Source: Pseudogymnoascus verrucosus (taxonomy: Eukaryota). From it: 64,000 bases of DNA. This document shows positions 1 through 12,129 of the stretch, in pieces; the first letter of the stretch is position 1; each line of letters opens with the position of its first letter. The notes below the pieces were generated by a model that was not told the origin of the DNA, did not search any database, and saw only the letters and a list, made by a program, of their open reading frames with translations. The stretch lies in NCBI GenBank assembly GCA_001662655.1, contig KV460245.1; one strand, written 5' to 3'. A program made the translations under genes and the position numbers.

Positions 1-49
1 ATTACTATTCTCAAAAGCTTCATTTTTATATGCTCTATTTCAGCCTCAT

Positions 50-153
50 GTATCCGGATATATACCCTACTCTACCCGTGAGATCTTGGCCGGGTATATA
101 CCCTACCCGTGAGCATCACGGATACTACCCGGATATGTATCCGCCGAACACTG
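50..153. mobile_element. Right end of a hAT-like DNA transposon/MITE (terminal inverted repeat plus subterminal repeats)
   Basis: Positions 141-153 read CAGTGTTCGGCGG on the minus strand, a hAT-type CAGTGTT terminus. They are preceded by clustered TACCCG/TATCCG/GGATA repeats (e.g. TATATACCCTAC and CTACCCGTGAG each occur twice). The other end is not in the window. Confidence 0.55.
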
Positions 154-550
154 ATGCTTTTGAGGTGGACCCGCGACTAAGAATTCTATGGTGGTCCTAT
201 TGAGTCTTGGAGTTTGTTTATTGCTGTACTTAGTTTCTTCAATACACTATCTTGAACAATTTATCTCCGTAGTATTAAAACTTCGGTGCATTCTGAGTCT
301 CACATGACATATATTTAGAAAGAGACAAGTATATGCGTAGTGTACGAAGAGCATTTGGCTCTCCACAAGTACATCATCATTTCATCTATGTGAATGAGCG
401 TCAATGCTGGCCTCGCTGGCCTATCGCTTGAGAGCTTCGACAAGGCCAATGATATATCCTATCATGACCATAATTCCCGTCGAAGCCATTAAACCCAAGA
501 CAAAACCCGTCCCGTACCCACTTCTTTACACCTCGCGCAGAAAATCACTT

Positions 551-1694
551 TTAATTTGCTGACGGTTCGGTCCCCGCATCTGAGCCATCGCCGGTGTCAT
601 TAGATCCTTGGTCCACCAGATGGCTCAGTGATGGGCCGCCTGCAGCCTCTATCCGATCAGCCTCTTTCTTCGCCCTCATAGCCTCGGTCTCCAGGCGCAA
701 CTTCTCCAAGTTCCATGCGTCATCGTCATCGCCTCCCTCATCCTCATCAATATCCCTGTTCCAGTCACCCTTCTCGAACATAGCACGACCAGTTGCCTCC
801 TTCTGCTCGCGTGCCTGCTGCTCTGCCTGCTTCTTGTCCATGCGCTCCGACTTCCACTTGGCGAACGACTCTGGTGTAACGGGTGTCAACTTTCCGGTCA
901 GCTTATGTCGTTCGCTTTCTAAGAAATCTTCGAGCGTGAGGGTCTTGAGCGGGGATTTGTCCATAAGAGCCTTCTCAGCTGCGCGTTGCTCCTTGGTCTT
1001 CAATATAAATCTGAAAAATGGTTAGCTCGTGCTTAATGTGTGGATTAATTTGTGTGTGTGCATACCCAGGTGGCAACTTGTGTTGGTACATGCACTTATC
1101 TCCGTTCGGGCAATTCCAGAACCAACCGTATTTGCCTTCCTCGATAGCCTCGATAAAGAACTTGCAGACCTTATCAGTCGTAGTCTTCTGGTTGCCCTTC
1201 TTCGATAAAACGACGGATTTCAGCTTCTCCTCGTCCCAATCTGCCGAAGTCTCCTCCTTCTTTGCCTTCTCTTCCTCCTCTCGCGAATCTTGGTATAAAT
1301 CTTTCTTCTCTGTCTTACGCTCGACAGCTAAGTCGTGCGAGAATTTGCACTTTTTTCCCTTTTCGCAATGTCCCTTCTTGTAAAACTGGCACAGAACTGT
1401 CTTGGGATCCACGCCAAATGCCACTTTCTGGACTTGCACAGGCTTGAACAACTCCATTGTCTCCTTCTGCGCCGCCAGAGAGGCGGCCTTATCCCTCTCC
1501 GCCTGGGCTTTCTCTGCCGCCTTCTTCTTTTCCTCTGGGGTTCCGCCAGCCTTTGCAGACTGTGTCATTTGTGCGATTTGCCTTTGTGTCTGGGCTCCCT
1601 TCTTGTTTTTCATTCCGAAGGTCCTGTCCTCCACCATCTTCGTGGCGGAAGGCTTCTTGCCCCCGCCCTGCTTTTCTTGCTTTTTTGGCGGCAT
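551..1694 (-). CDS. TMA46: Translation machinery-associated protein 46 (ZC3H15/DFRP1 family, two CCCH fingers)
   Basis: EDRTFGMKNKKG, VDPKTVLCQFYKKGHCEKGKKCKFSHDL and TTTDKVCKFFIEAIEEGKYGWFWNCPNGDKCMYQHKLPPG motifs. A GT-AG intron at 1011-1065 joins PPG|FILK to the TLEDFLESERHKL exon. Confidence 0.93.
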
Positions 1695-2165
1695 TTTGGC
1701 GGTGAGTTGTAGGTTAAAGAGGACGTAAAGTCTATGCGTTGGGGGCGATCGGATCTACGTAGGCGATACTCGTGATCCCCTTCTTATAGATTTTGAATGA
1801 GTGTGTGGTCGCGTGCGCTCTTCCCAAGTGATGTCGCCTGCTGGAAAATCATGGTCTTGAATATTAATTGGTGGGGTTGATATTGGTGCCTGAGGCACCA
1901 ACATTATTCATGACCTTGATGGCGACTCTTGCAACGTACCTGGCCTCAACGAGCAATTACCAGCTTCCAACGAATTAAGCCGCCGCCAATTACTTGATAC
2001 AAAGGAAACTCGGTGGTTATTAAAATAAAAGTGAATATTTTATTCCCTGTAAAGAATCTAGTGCTAAATAATATGTATAGATCCCGTTCAATTCTCCTCG
2101 CCGTTACCCTCGCCGACTACAACGAGCTACATTCCACCCAGCGATCCTTGGTTTTAGTCGCAAAG

Positions 2166-2339
2166 ATGATCTCCGATGATGAACTATATTCGCTTGCCAT
2201 CTTTCTCGGCTCTGCAGCAATGCTGATGATTGTCCTTTATCACTTTCTCGAGGCCAATTCTGTGGAGGATGTCGATGCCAAAACAAGCGCCCCCGTCGCG
2301 GTAGCATCCGGCTCGAAAGCCAAGTCAGCCATTCAATAG
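2166..2339 (+). CDS. OST4: Oligosaccharyltransferase small subunit Ost4
   Basis: MISDDELYSLAIFLGSAAMLMIVLYHFLEAN is the Ost4 single-TM signature. The true ATG is at 2166, inside ORF 2013..2339. Confidence 0.9.
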   Translation: MISDDELYSLAIFLGSAAMLMIVLYHFLEANSVEDVDAKTSAPVAVASGSKAKSAIQ

Positions 2340-3185
2340 AAGAGGGATTATTGTATATGAACGGCAGCATACGACGATGGCATCCAGTACGATATGCGAC
2401 AAGAAACCATCTGCGAGCCGTGTGTGACTAGAAGCATTCTTGGGACGGACTACACGGCGTTAAGGCATATTTTGCGGGGTTATTGAGCGTCTGTCTGTAT
2501 ATTTTGATAAGCTACAGATTTGTAGGGGTTTGCCGGGCAAAAAGATATGGAATCCGACTTGTGAGGAGTTACAAAGTCGCCGGGACCTGAGTCGAGGACT
2601 TTCCTACACAGAGTACAACGCATCTCATGGACGGCTGCAGACATTGTACCAGTAGCTGTATTATTCAATCTTCAAGTTTGTCTATGAATAAGACGTTTCG
2701 ACTATTCAGTCCAAGGAATATTATTGGTCCACGTTCTGGTGATGGTGAATGGCGATGTGAATGGCGATGTGAGTCCCCTTTTGTGCTAAATCGGGTCTAG
2801 CTCCGTGTACCCAACGACGCGAAACTGGACAAACGCCTGCCTGCGATCCTGACCCTTCCTTCTCTTCATCCATCACAAACCACTTCAATAATACAAACAA
2901 CTCCTTCTATTCTCATCGACACCGCATCAGCACTCCTTCAAGCCAAGATATTTACTGTACTTCAGCCAACTTCGAAAGTAACAGACCTTTAATTGCCACT
3001 TCTTTGCCACGCCGAGACCAACTACACTTTACAGTCGGTCAACCGGATTACTTCAAGAGTCAGCATTGCCCCATCGCTACTCGAATTCTCACCATCTTGC
3101 GATCATCTCGCTTTTATCGTCGTTCCGACCTGACAGTACTTCCACGCCTCCAGTCTCCCTTCAAAACAAGACAAATACCATCAAA

Positions 3186-5007
3186 ATGGCCACCAAGCTC
3201 GATCAGTCTTTGGATGAGATCATGACCAACACTGGTGCTAGCCGTGGCGGTGCTCGTGGTGGCGCCAGACGCGGAAGAGGTCAACGCCAGCCTCGCCGAT
3301 CGACCGGAGCCCCTGCCCCTGTTGGAGGCATCTCCAAGAACACTCGCCCCGCAAAGGGCGCAGTCAAGGCCACCCCTACGGGTCCTGCCATTCACAGAGA
3401 CAGCAAGATTGTCGTTAGCAATTTGGTAAGTTCCGTTATGCGCCATGCATGAAAAGTATCAGGACTAACAACCAAACAGCCAAGAGACGTAGACGAGACG
3501 CAGATTAAGGTATGTTACCGATGAGGCTGCTCAGGCCTTTGGATTTTTTCCCGAAAGTACACGCACGATCATCGAACAAATTACGACGGTTTATCGCGAG
3601 AGCATTCATATGGTGGCATTTTATATGCTGGACTTTGTCCAACAAGACTCCTCTTGGCACGTACAGCTCGCCTTCCAGGCTTGAGCATAGTACAAAAGAG
3701 TTGAGCATCAGTCTAGCATCAAGCTGTATCTCAGAGGTAGCCTGGCAAGCACCCAAAATACGAGTACAGCGCAGACTTTATGTGGTGGCAACATCGAAGG
3801 ACATCGTGCTCAATGCACCTTTCCTGATGTGTAAATGGTTCAACTCTAGCATGAGATCAAGAACTTCAGTGAGAGATCGCAGCAGTGAGCATGCACAGCA
3901 CACCACAGCACAGTATTACAAAGTTTCGGAGCTCGGATTATTACCACAAGAAACAAGTTTGCTTCCGAGACAGCATTCAAGATCAGATCACTCCAAGAAT
4001 TTATTTGGTCCCTGGGCGTGTTCTGGCTGGTCACGGCCCTGACATGGATGCGATGATGTTGCAGTCTCGCATCTCGACAACCAAGTTATTGTCGGCCCCA
4101 TTTCGATATCACAGCCCGCGGGCTCCGCTGGTGCACATTCAGGAAGAGCGACCCGACCCAAAACAACCGCAGCTTGTACACTGGTGATCGCAACCCTTCC
4201 GGCTATTGATATACTAACTACCATACTAATGCTGGCTGCTCACTGCTTGCTGCGAACCTGCTGCTGCAAATGATCTTTTGTTCGACTTGCAGCTCATTGA
4301 CTTTACCATGGATTGCGATTGCCTTTCATTTCTCGATGACGACAACATGATGTTAAGAAGCGAACTTTTGGACGATTACCATATGACTAACGTTCACGTT
4401 TTACCTATTAGGAATACTTCGCCAAGTCTGTCGGATCAGTCAAGAAAGTGGACATCTCATATGGGCCCAATGGCCAGAGCCGTGGAATTGCCAACATCGT
4501 CTTCCACAAGAACGACGGAGCGAGCAAGGCCGTTGCGGCTCTCAATGGATTACTTGTGGATGGAAGGCCAATGAAGGCAAGCTTATTTCGCCACCACATA
4601 CGTGGAATATCGCTAACTCATTATACAGATTGAGGTTCTCGTTGATGCCTCCCAGGCTCCAGCTATTGTTGCACCAAAGGGATTGGGTGATCGTATTGCG
4701 TAAGTTATCAGCCGCTTGTTGAAGTATGTCCCGCGTACTAACGTGCCGTAACAGCCAACCAAAGGTTCAGCCGAAGTCAGCTGCCGCAACCAAGGCTGGT
4801 GCAAACAACGCCGCAGCCTCTACTCGTGGCAAGGCTGGCAAGAGGGGCCGAGGAGGTCGCGCCCGCCCTGCCCGCCCTGCCAAGAAGACCGCCGAGGAGC
4901 TGGATTCTGAGATGGCCGATTATTTCGACGCAACTGCCGCACCTGCGGAAGCCGCCGCACCTGTCGCTGCCAACGGCGATGCTCCAATGGACGACGAGAT
5001 CCTGTGA
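3186..5007 (+). CDS. YRA1: RNA annealing/mRNA export adaptor Yra1 (ALY/REF family), 5 exons
   Basis: N-terminal REF motif KLDQSLDEI, an RGG region, an RRM (SKIVVSNL/PRDVDETQIK/EYFAKSVGSVKKVDISYGPNGQSRGIA) and C-terminal KTAEELDSEMADYF. Exons 3186-3425, 3480-3509, 4412-4576, 4629-4699, 4755-5007. Confidence 0.93.
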
Positions 5008-5697
5008 ATAGCCTGATTCGCTCACGGATAGACGCCTGTGGAATCTCCGCAGGCGATCCAAATTGACATAAGAATACACTGCGTTTTCCTTACAAGGAAC
5101 GACTTCATCGCGAAATTGTATTTTAGCTGGTTTTCTTATCCTCGTTCCGGATTTCGCAAGATCGCACAGCATCAAATAACATCAAACTCCAAAAACACTC
5201 GTCAACTGCGCCAACTTTTCTGTTGTTTTCTCTGGCTTGGACGGCACAAGGAATCATCAGGGGAAACATGGGATATTCCACGACCCACCCACTTCTAAAC
5301 CAGACTTCCTTTTCAATTGTATACCAAGCTTAATAATGTCAAACATGTCAACTCAGTCTTATCTTAGTTCCATCACAAGTGATATGCCATTGTTTTGTGA
5401 CCGTTATTCTGCCTAGTAGTGACTTGCTCGCCAATCACTCTTGTAAGATAAGTACGGAACAGTCACCTAGAAGTTTAGGGCAACGCACAAATCCTGCTGT
5501 TGCCTAAGTTGTTTATATGAACCGTGGATAAAACAAAGCCTCTCAGTAACCGTTTTTTTTTTTGGACAAGCCAGTCACTCAAATTAAGCCGGTAGGAGGA
5601 AGTCCATTGGTTTCAAATGCAGATATCAATTCTTAGCTATGTACAGTGCCCCTTTCAGGATGGCGGCACAAGTAATTGGAATGCCACAATTTAAGCT

Positions 5698-8289
5698 TTA
5701 CAAGCACTGAGAATAGAACGGGTTTTGGACTTGGCAGACGGATCCTGATACACAGGTTCCGGATCCGGTCCAGTTTGATCCTCCGCATTGTCCGTACTTT
5801 GGAATTGTTCCCCCGCCCTGAGTTGGTGTCGAAGTGGTGGTGGTCGATGTCTTGGTAGTGGTTGGGTTAGCCGTTGTGGTCACTGGCTTAGAGGTCGTGG
5901 GGTTGGAAGTCGTAGTGGAGGTTGTCTTTGCGGTTGTAGCGGTTGTAGTTGGAGTACTGCCACCATCCCTATATACAGTGTTAGAAAATGTATGGACAAA
6001 CAGTAGAGCACGGAGGAGCTATAAACTCACGGTAACCCATAGAATATTCCCCTTCCATTCGTGCCCACGAAGACCTCGCCAACTGTATCCCAGCTCGCAG
6101 CCAAGCAGTTCGCACTGGCGGCACCGAATCCGTGCTGGGCATCATTGATCTGAGTCCACGTAACACCCTTATCTGTGCTCAAAGCGAGAATGTTGCTTCC
6201 GGAAGTGGTTGTGGTCAGGAAGGCGTAGAGGTTTGGGTAGGAGCCTGTCCCCTTTCCAAGAGCAATGGCGTAACTCGCTGATACTGAAGCAATCTTGGTG
6301 AATGTCACCCCGAAGTCGGTGGAGTGATACATGCCACTGGACGTCGAAAGCCACACATCGCCGGCCACTGCGGGGTGGACCTTGATAGAGTTTACTCCAT
6401 TGTTGGAGATAGCGGCAGAAATTGCGAATGTTTTGCCGCCGTCCTTGGAGACATAGAAACTATTTCCGTCCGCGGCGTAGAAATACTTCGCGTTCACTTT
6501 GTCAGACGCTATGCGCAGTCCTGTTGGTAGAGTTCCAACGCCTGACTGTACTCCATTCACGAAGACGTAGTTTCCAGAAGGAGTCGCCCAAAGTATTGAT
6601 GAGGCATCGGCGCTGTATGCAACCTTGCCGCAACAGAGGCTGCTTGAAGAAACTGTGGCTGGGTTCCAGGTTTTACCCCCGTCAGTCGACAAAGCCATTT
6701 GATTTACGGCTGTTGAGCCATCGTTCCCAATGCGGACGATGCTCAGCGGTTTCTGACCTGCGAAGTCAAGGTCTGGCGTAGTTGGGTAATAAGGATTGAT
6801 GAAATTGATAGCCGGTGACACGGTGAGGCTCTCATGTCTGAAGCCGCATACATCACCTACTCCAGACAGAAGAGGGGCTCCACCTGGAGGGCAGATAAGA
6901 GATTGGATAGATGTCTCCTCAAATCCATCGGCGAGTGACTCGACATGAACAGCTGGCCACTTAGTTAAGTCGTGACCACCGAAAATAGACAGGCCTGTGC
7001 CATAAAGCCAATGGTTGGAATCAAAGGGGTCGATCTCCAGCGATGCGATCATCCACCCGAGTGCCTTATCATCAGTGCGAGAGGCATTGATCCAAGGAGC
7101 TTTGTCGGTATCATATGTGTAGTGGTTCACATTCCAGTCCCAGATAGTTACCCAGGACGCACCGGCATCGGTGGAACGGAACAGTTGTGCATCTGGCCAC
7201 CATAGATTATCAGATGCAACTATCAAGGTCCCAGGATTGTTGGCATCAAGAGCTAAGCCACCGTAGCCAAACACGAGGCTGTTCGTAGCTTGCCACGCGG
7301 GCGTAATATTCGTCCATGCTCCAGTTGAGAGGCTGTACTTGTAGACAGTCCCGTCGCCGGCGTCGTACGGGCCAGCTACGTTGCTGTAGGTAAAGTACAA
7401 GAGTTTCTCAGAAACCGAGAGCTTAACTCGGTGAGGGAAACGTCCCGTTGGTTGGCCAGCAACTGCTTTCCATGTTGCACCAGCATCCGTGGAAACATAT
7501 ACAGATGCCGTCACATCTGCAGTTGCCACATAAATCCTAGATGTTGCTCCATTGAGAGTGGCAGAGGTAGTGTCGAAGACAACAGACGTTACGCCCACAA
7601 TATCGCTCTGATACCCAGAGGTATCAGTTGGGTCCTCGCGGAATGTGCCCACTGCAGTGAAACTCGTCACCTTTGAGAACGATGCACCCGAGTCAGTACT
7701 TTTGTACAAGCCGTTTCCACTTGGAGCTCCGAAATAGACGATCTTGTTGTTGTTAGGGTCCACGGCGAGACGCTCGCCCATTCCACGACCAGGTTGGTTG
7801 CCCCCGAGCTTAAATGGCAGAGCGGTTTTAACCCACGTGGTGCCTTTGTCAGTACTCTTCAGGATTGCACCATTGTTCGGGTCCCAGCTGTTTGTGTACG
7901 TTCCAACCGAAATATAGACTGTGTTCGCGTCAACGGGGTCGGCGGCTACTGCGCTGACTCCCCAGTAGTTCCTAAATTGTTAAAAAGTAATCATTGACAA
8001 GCTAGTTAGAGGCATACCAGGTTGCGTCATTAGCAATATCCAGGAGAGCTGTCCAGCTATCATCACTGTTCAGGCGATATAGTCCACCAATATCTGTCCT
8101 GGCATATGCCAATCCCTTTGTCTTTGGGCTGAAAACTATTCCAGGGGTAAAGCCTCCACCACCTCCAATTTTTACATTGTTCCCTTCTAACGTTAGCAAA
8201 TTTCTAGATAACACACTCACTATTAACTAACACTTGTATGCAGCAAATACAGTGGAAACCAACGCGCTGAACGGAACAAGAAGCCGCAT
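5698..8289 (-). CDS. Secreted GH74 xyloglucanase with Thr-rich linker and C-terminal CBM1
   Basis: Signal peptide [17 protein letters not shown], then [36 protein letters not shown], Asp-box/BNR repeats and [13 protein letters not shown]. Thr-rich linker, then CBM1 [32 protein letters not shown]. Introns 8184-8231, 7972-8017, 5969-6030. Confidence 0.93.
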
Positions 8290-9366
8290 TTTGAATATTG
8301 GCAATAAAACAGGTGATCAAAGATCAAAGTTCACTCATTCTATAGGAATATAGCCTTATATATATCTGCTACCCAGGGGCTTACCATGCTGCTGGTGAGA
8401 GCTAACCTGCCATCCGCAAGCTTATGACAATTAAAGCCGGCTTCAACGGCATGATAGCCACGTGAAGCTTGCCGTGCCTCCGAGGGCGGGGAAATCTCAT
8501 ATATTATGCATATTAACTGAACGGCTGGGTAAATTGCAACGAGAATTCTGGGGTGTTTGTTTGATGGAACATTTATATTAACGCATTGGAGTCACCATGG
8601 AGAATCTTAGGACCGAGGATCATTTACCGTCGATCCGATGACCACCCCTGCATCGGATCTGCTTCCATATTAAGTACTATTGGTCGTCAACTAACTTCCA
8701 CCACATTGTGGCAATTGGATCATACGCCATTACTCGAATCTATATGTCGTGGTCTGGAACAATGACACGGCGACCTCATGCCTAATTGGGCATATTTCTA
8801 CGGTGGGAACCGGCCGCCTTGGCGTTACAGGTATCGACGTATGGGGTACATATTTTTATCCTGGCTACTCCAGAAAAAGATGAGAGTAGAGGATGGATAT
8901 CAAGTACTCGAGGCACCTAAAAGTCTAAAATGGGACTATATATACTAATTGAGGCTCGAGTTTAAGCTGATAGTAATTTGCTATTTTAGCTATACTAGTA
9001 GGCAAAATAAAGACAATTATAACTTTAAGTGATTAGAAGCATCCATTTTCTTATAGTTGCCATTTAGACTTTTGATAGGTACACTATAAGATTAGTAGAG
9101 GAATCTGATGAAGATAGACGATTAATATGTGGATCCGGTTTTCGCACATATCAGAGGGTTGCAACCTGTTAGGCTCTCCCAATTTTCCAAGACCACAATA
9201 TCCCGATATATGTGAAGTGTGATTTGCCGAAATCGGCCCGCTAGAAAGTCATGAAAATGGATCACGTGATATATCTCCGCACGAGGATGATGAACTCGGA
9301 TAATCTTGTTTTGTATAACAGTAACAATACCATGAGTGATTAACAATATAGTAATCCCCTATAACC

Positions 9367-11831
9367 ATGAGTGCGGTTCCAGCTCCTGGTGGGGCAAGCG
9401 GAGGAACGAACAGAGAACCTTCACATCTATCGTAAGTTGTTGCTTTTGCTTCCTGCATATTTCCTGTAACTGACTTGAACCAGATGTGAAAGGTGTCGGA
9501 GACGGAAGGTGAATTCCGCACGCCCTATCTTCATCATAACATAAAGCTTATTCTTAAAATTAGGTCAAATGTGATCGCACAAGGCCATGTAATCAATGCA
9601 AGAAAGCAGGTGCAGAATGCATCAATGCTGGTGGCGAAAAGAAACGGTAAAATCGAATCCTGTCTCACCAATCCTGGGGGAACCAAGTACGCTGATATGT
9701 TTTACAGTCCTATATCCCGACTCTACGTCGAGGCTCTGGAGGGCCAAATTGCCTCTCTAGAGCTCTTTATTATGAACCTCACAGCTGCTAGCTCATCGGA
9801 GCGAGATGTAATGCTCGCAAATTTCAAAGAGACGTCTATGGAGCATTTGCCACCCTTACCTGCTCTAGCAAAGGAGATTCCATTAGCACCATCACTCCCA
9901 AAAGGTCGTCTTATGCGACTGAAGGAAGGCAGTGCAGACCAATTCTATGGCGAGACATCTTTCTTCCAAATTAACCCCTCTGAGACGGACGATGCCGAGG
10001 CGGCCTTCAGCATCATGACTGTCACACCTCCAGTCCAAGTCAAGCCAGAATCCCAATCACCTGAATCTTCAGTAGCTATTTCGCCCGAAGGGAACATTGT
10101 CGAGCACAGTTTTAGTACACCGTGGACGCCAATGTGCCAAAAGCTCATGGGGGTCTTCTTCGACCAACAATACTACTTCCACATGTGTTTGTATCGAGAG
10201 TACTTTTTGAGAGATTACAAGGCGGGTGGAGGCCCGTACTACTCCGATCTGCTAATGTATGCGATTTGTGCTATGGGCGCGCTGGCGAGCTCAGATGAGA
10301 CCGTGAGGGATTTAAGTGCAGTTTTCTCAAACCGCGCCCAAGAATTGCTATATGGCAGCGCCTTGGATAGCCCTGACCTAACAACGCTACAAGCGCTACT
10401 GCTATTGGGGCATAGAGATATTGGAAGAGGAAAGAGCTCGAGAGGATGGGTTTTTACTGGTGAGTGGATCGCGTGATATAAGAGATTATGAGACTGACAA
10501 GATTAGGAATGGCATTTAGGCTGGCACAAGGCATGGGTTTGCACTTGGATCCCAGCCATTGGAATACTCCTCGGGATACCGACGTTGAGCGAGAAATCTC
10601 CAGAAGAGCCTACTGGGCTGCATTTATTGCTGACAAGTCAGTTTACTCGCCCCGCCTCCCACAAGCATAATTCTGACATGGATTTAGGCAACTGTCGCTT
10701 TACTTCGGCCGACCACCGGCCCTTTATCCGTCTGAATCTGACGTCCACAAGTCTAACCGGCTCATCTACCCTCCGGATTGGGACTCTCTACTTGATGACT
10801 ACATCAAAAATAACACGACACCTACGGAATACGAAGACGATTTGTCTTTTGTCGGTTCCTTTGTCCAGCAAGCTGAGCTGTGCAAGATTGTGCATCGCAT
10901 GATTACTGAGGTCTTCCAGAACCACAACGCTAAAGCCGACGCCAGTATTCTCGCAGCCAGCGCAAAGGGCATCCATGTCGCGCTCAGCAAGTGGCTGGCG
11001 GACTTGCCCGCACGCCTGCACTGGAACCAATGGAGCCGAGGTCCCGTCGCAGCATACATTCTTAATCTCCAGTAAGTTCTCTCCCAGTTTTTACCCCTAT
11101 TTCTCTTGGCATTATAGCTAATATCACGCAGCATGTTTTTCCATACCGTAATGATTATTCTCCACCGTCCTCCCCGCCATTCTTCTCTCGCTCATCTTGC
11201 TACCGTCACTGAAGATCTTGATATCTGCTCATCGTCTCTGAACTCCATTCTACAACTCATGAAGGTCTACTCGAAGCATTACTCCTACTCCGCTTTACCA
11301 GTCACATTCATCCACACGTGCGCATCGGCCTCATCGATCGTGCTCCTAAAGCGCTTCCTTTCAGCAAGCCCCCAGGGAATACCAAGGAACAAGAGAGATA
11401 TCCAGGAAACAGGCACACAGCTAGAGCAAATTAGCAAGGTGATTGACTCGATTGCGGAGACATGGGATTCAGCGAAACAAATTCAGAAGGCTATATCTTC
11501 GGCAAGAGAAACAATCAGACTTGAAGATGAGGCAACCGCGGGTGCAATGGCTGAGCTGGGCGCTGGTGTAGATGTTACTCAGGGTGCCTTGGGGCTTGGT
11601 TGGGATGAGAGCATGCGCTTTGATTGGGATGACCCGAGTCTTCAAATGGGGCCAATGTCGGTTGGGGGAGAAGGAGTCAAGTGGGAAGAGTTCAGCGGGG
11701 TTGGAATGGCGGGAGAATTCAGCGAGGGGCTAGGGGATTATTCGCAGGACTATGAGGCTCTTTTTGGTTTGCTTGGAGAGGGAGGACAACCAGAGATTAA
11801 CTTTGGCGATGTAGAGGAGGGACTGATTTAA
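9367..11831 (+). CDS. Zn(II)2Cys6 transcription factor with fungal-specific TF domain (NirA-like)
   Basis: Spliced N-terminus gives [27 protein letters not shown]. Middle homology region [49 protein letters not shown], across several short GT-AG introns. Confidence 0.85.
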
Positions 11832-11924
11832 TAAGCTAGTTGAAATGAATACATGTAAACAAATACTTATGCCAAAGTGAGCGTGTTGTCGAATCTACTT
11901 CAACTCTGAAATAGAGAGAAGCCA

Positions 11925-11954
11925 CACGTGACCATAAATAATATATCACGTGAC
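11925..11954. promoter_or_regulatory. Twin CACGTGAC E-boxes upstream of RPL26
   Basis: CACGTGAC at 11925-11932 and (T)CACGTGAC at 11946-11954, about 180-200 nt upstream of the RPL26 ATG. Matches the Cbf1-type bHLH consensus. Confidence 0.45.
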
Positions 11955-12129
11955 TGTGTATTTGTTGCATGTGGGGCAACTGGTTAGTGAGCGAGACACA
12001 TTTTGACTCGCTCGCTTAAGCTGACCCCTGTACGCACACAACTTTCTTCAATGTTCACGAAATCTCAATCCCCTCGATTTTCTTATCCACGACTCTACGA
12101 CAACCAGTTTCATCACCCCAACCGCCAAG

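Noticed and set aside
3512..4224. ORFs of 60-176 aa inside the YRA1 long intron
   Set aside because: No recognisable motifs, and they lie inside a well-supported intron. I also found no convincing box C/D pair to call a snoRNA there.
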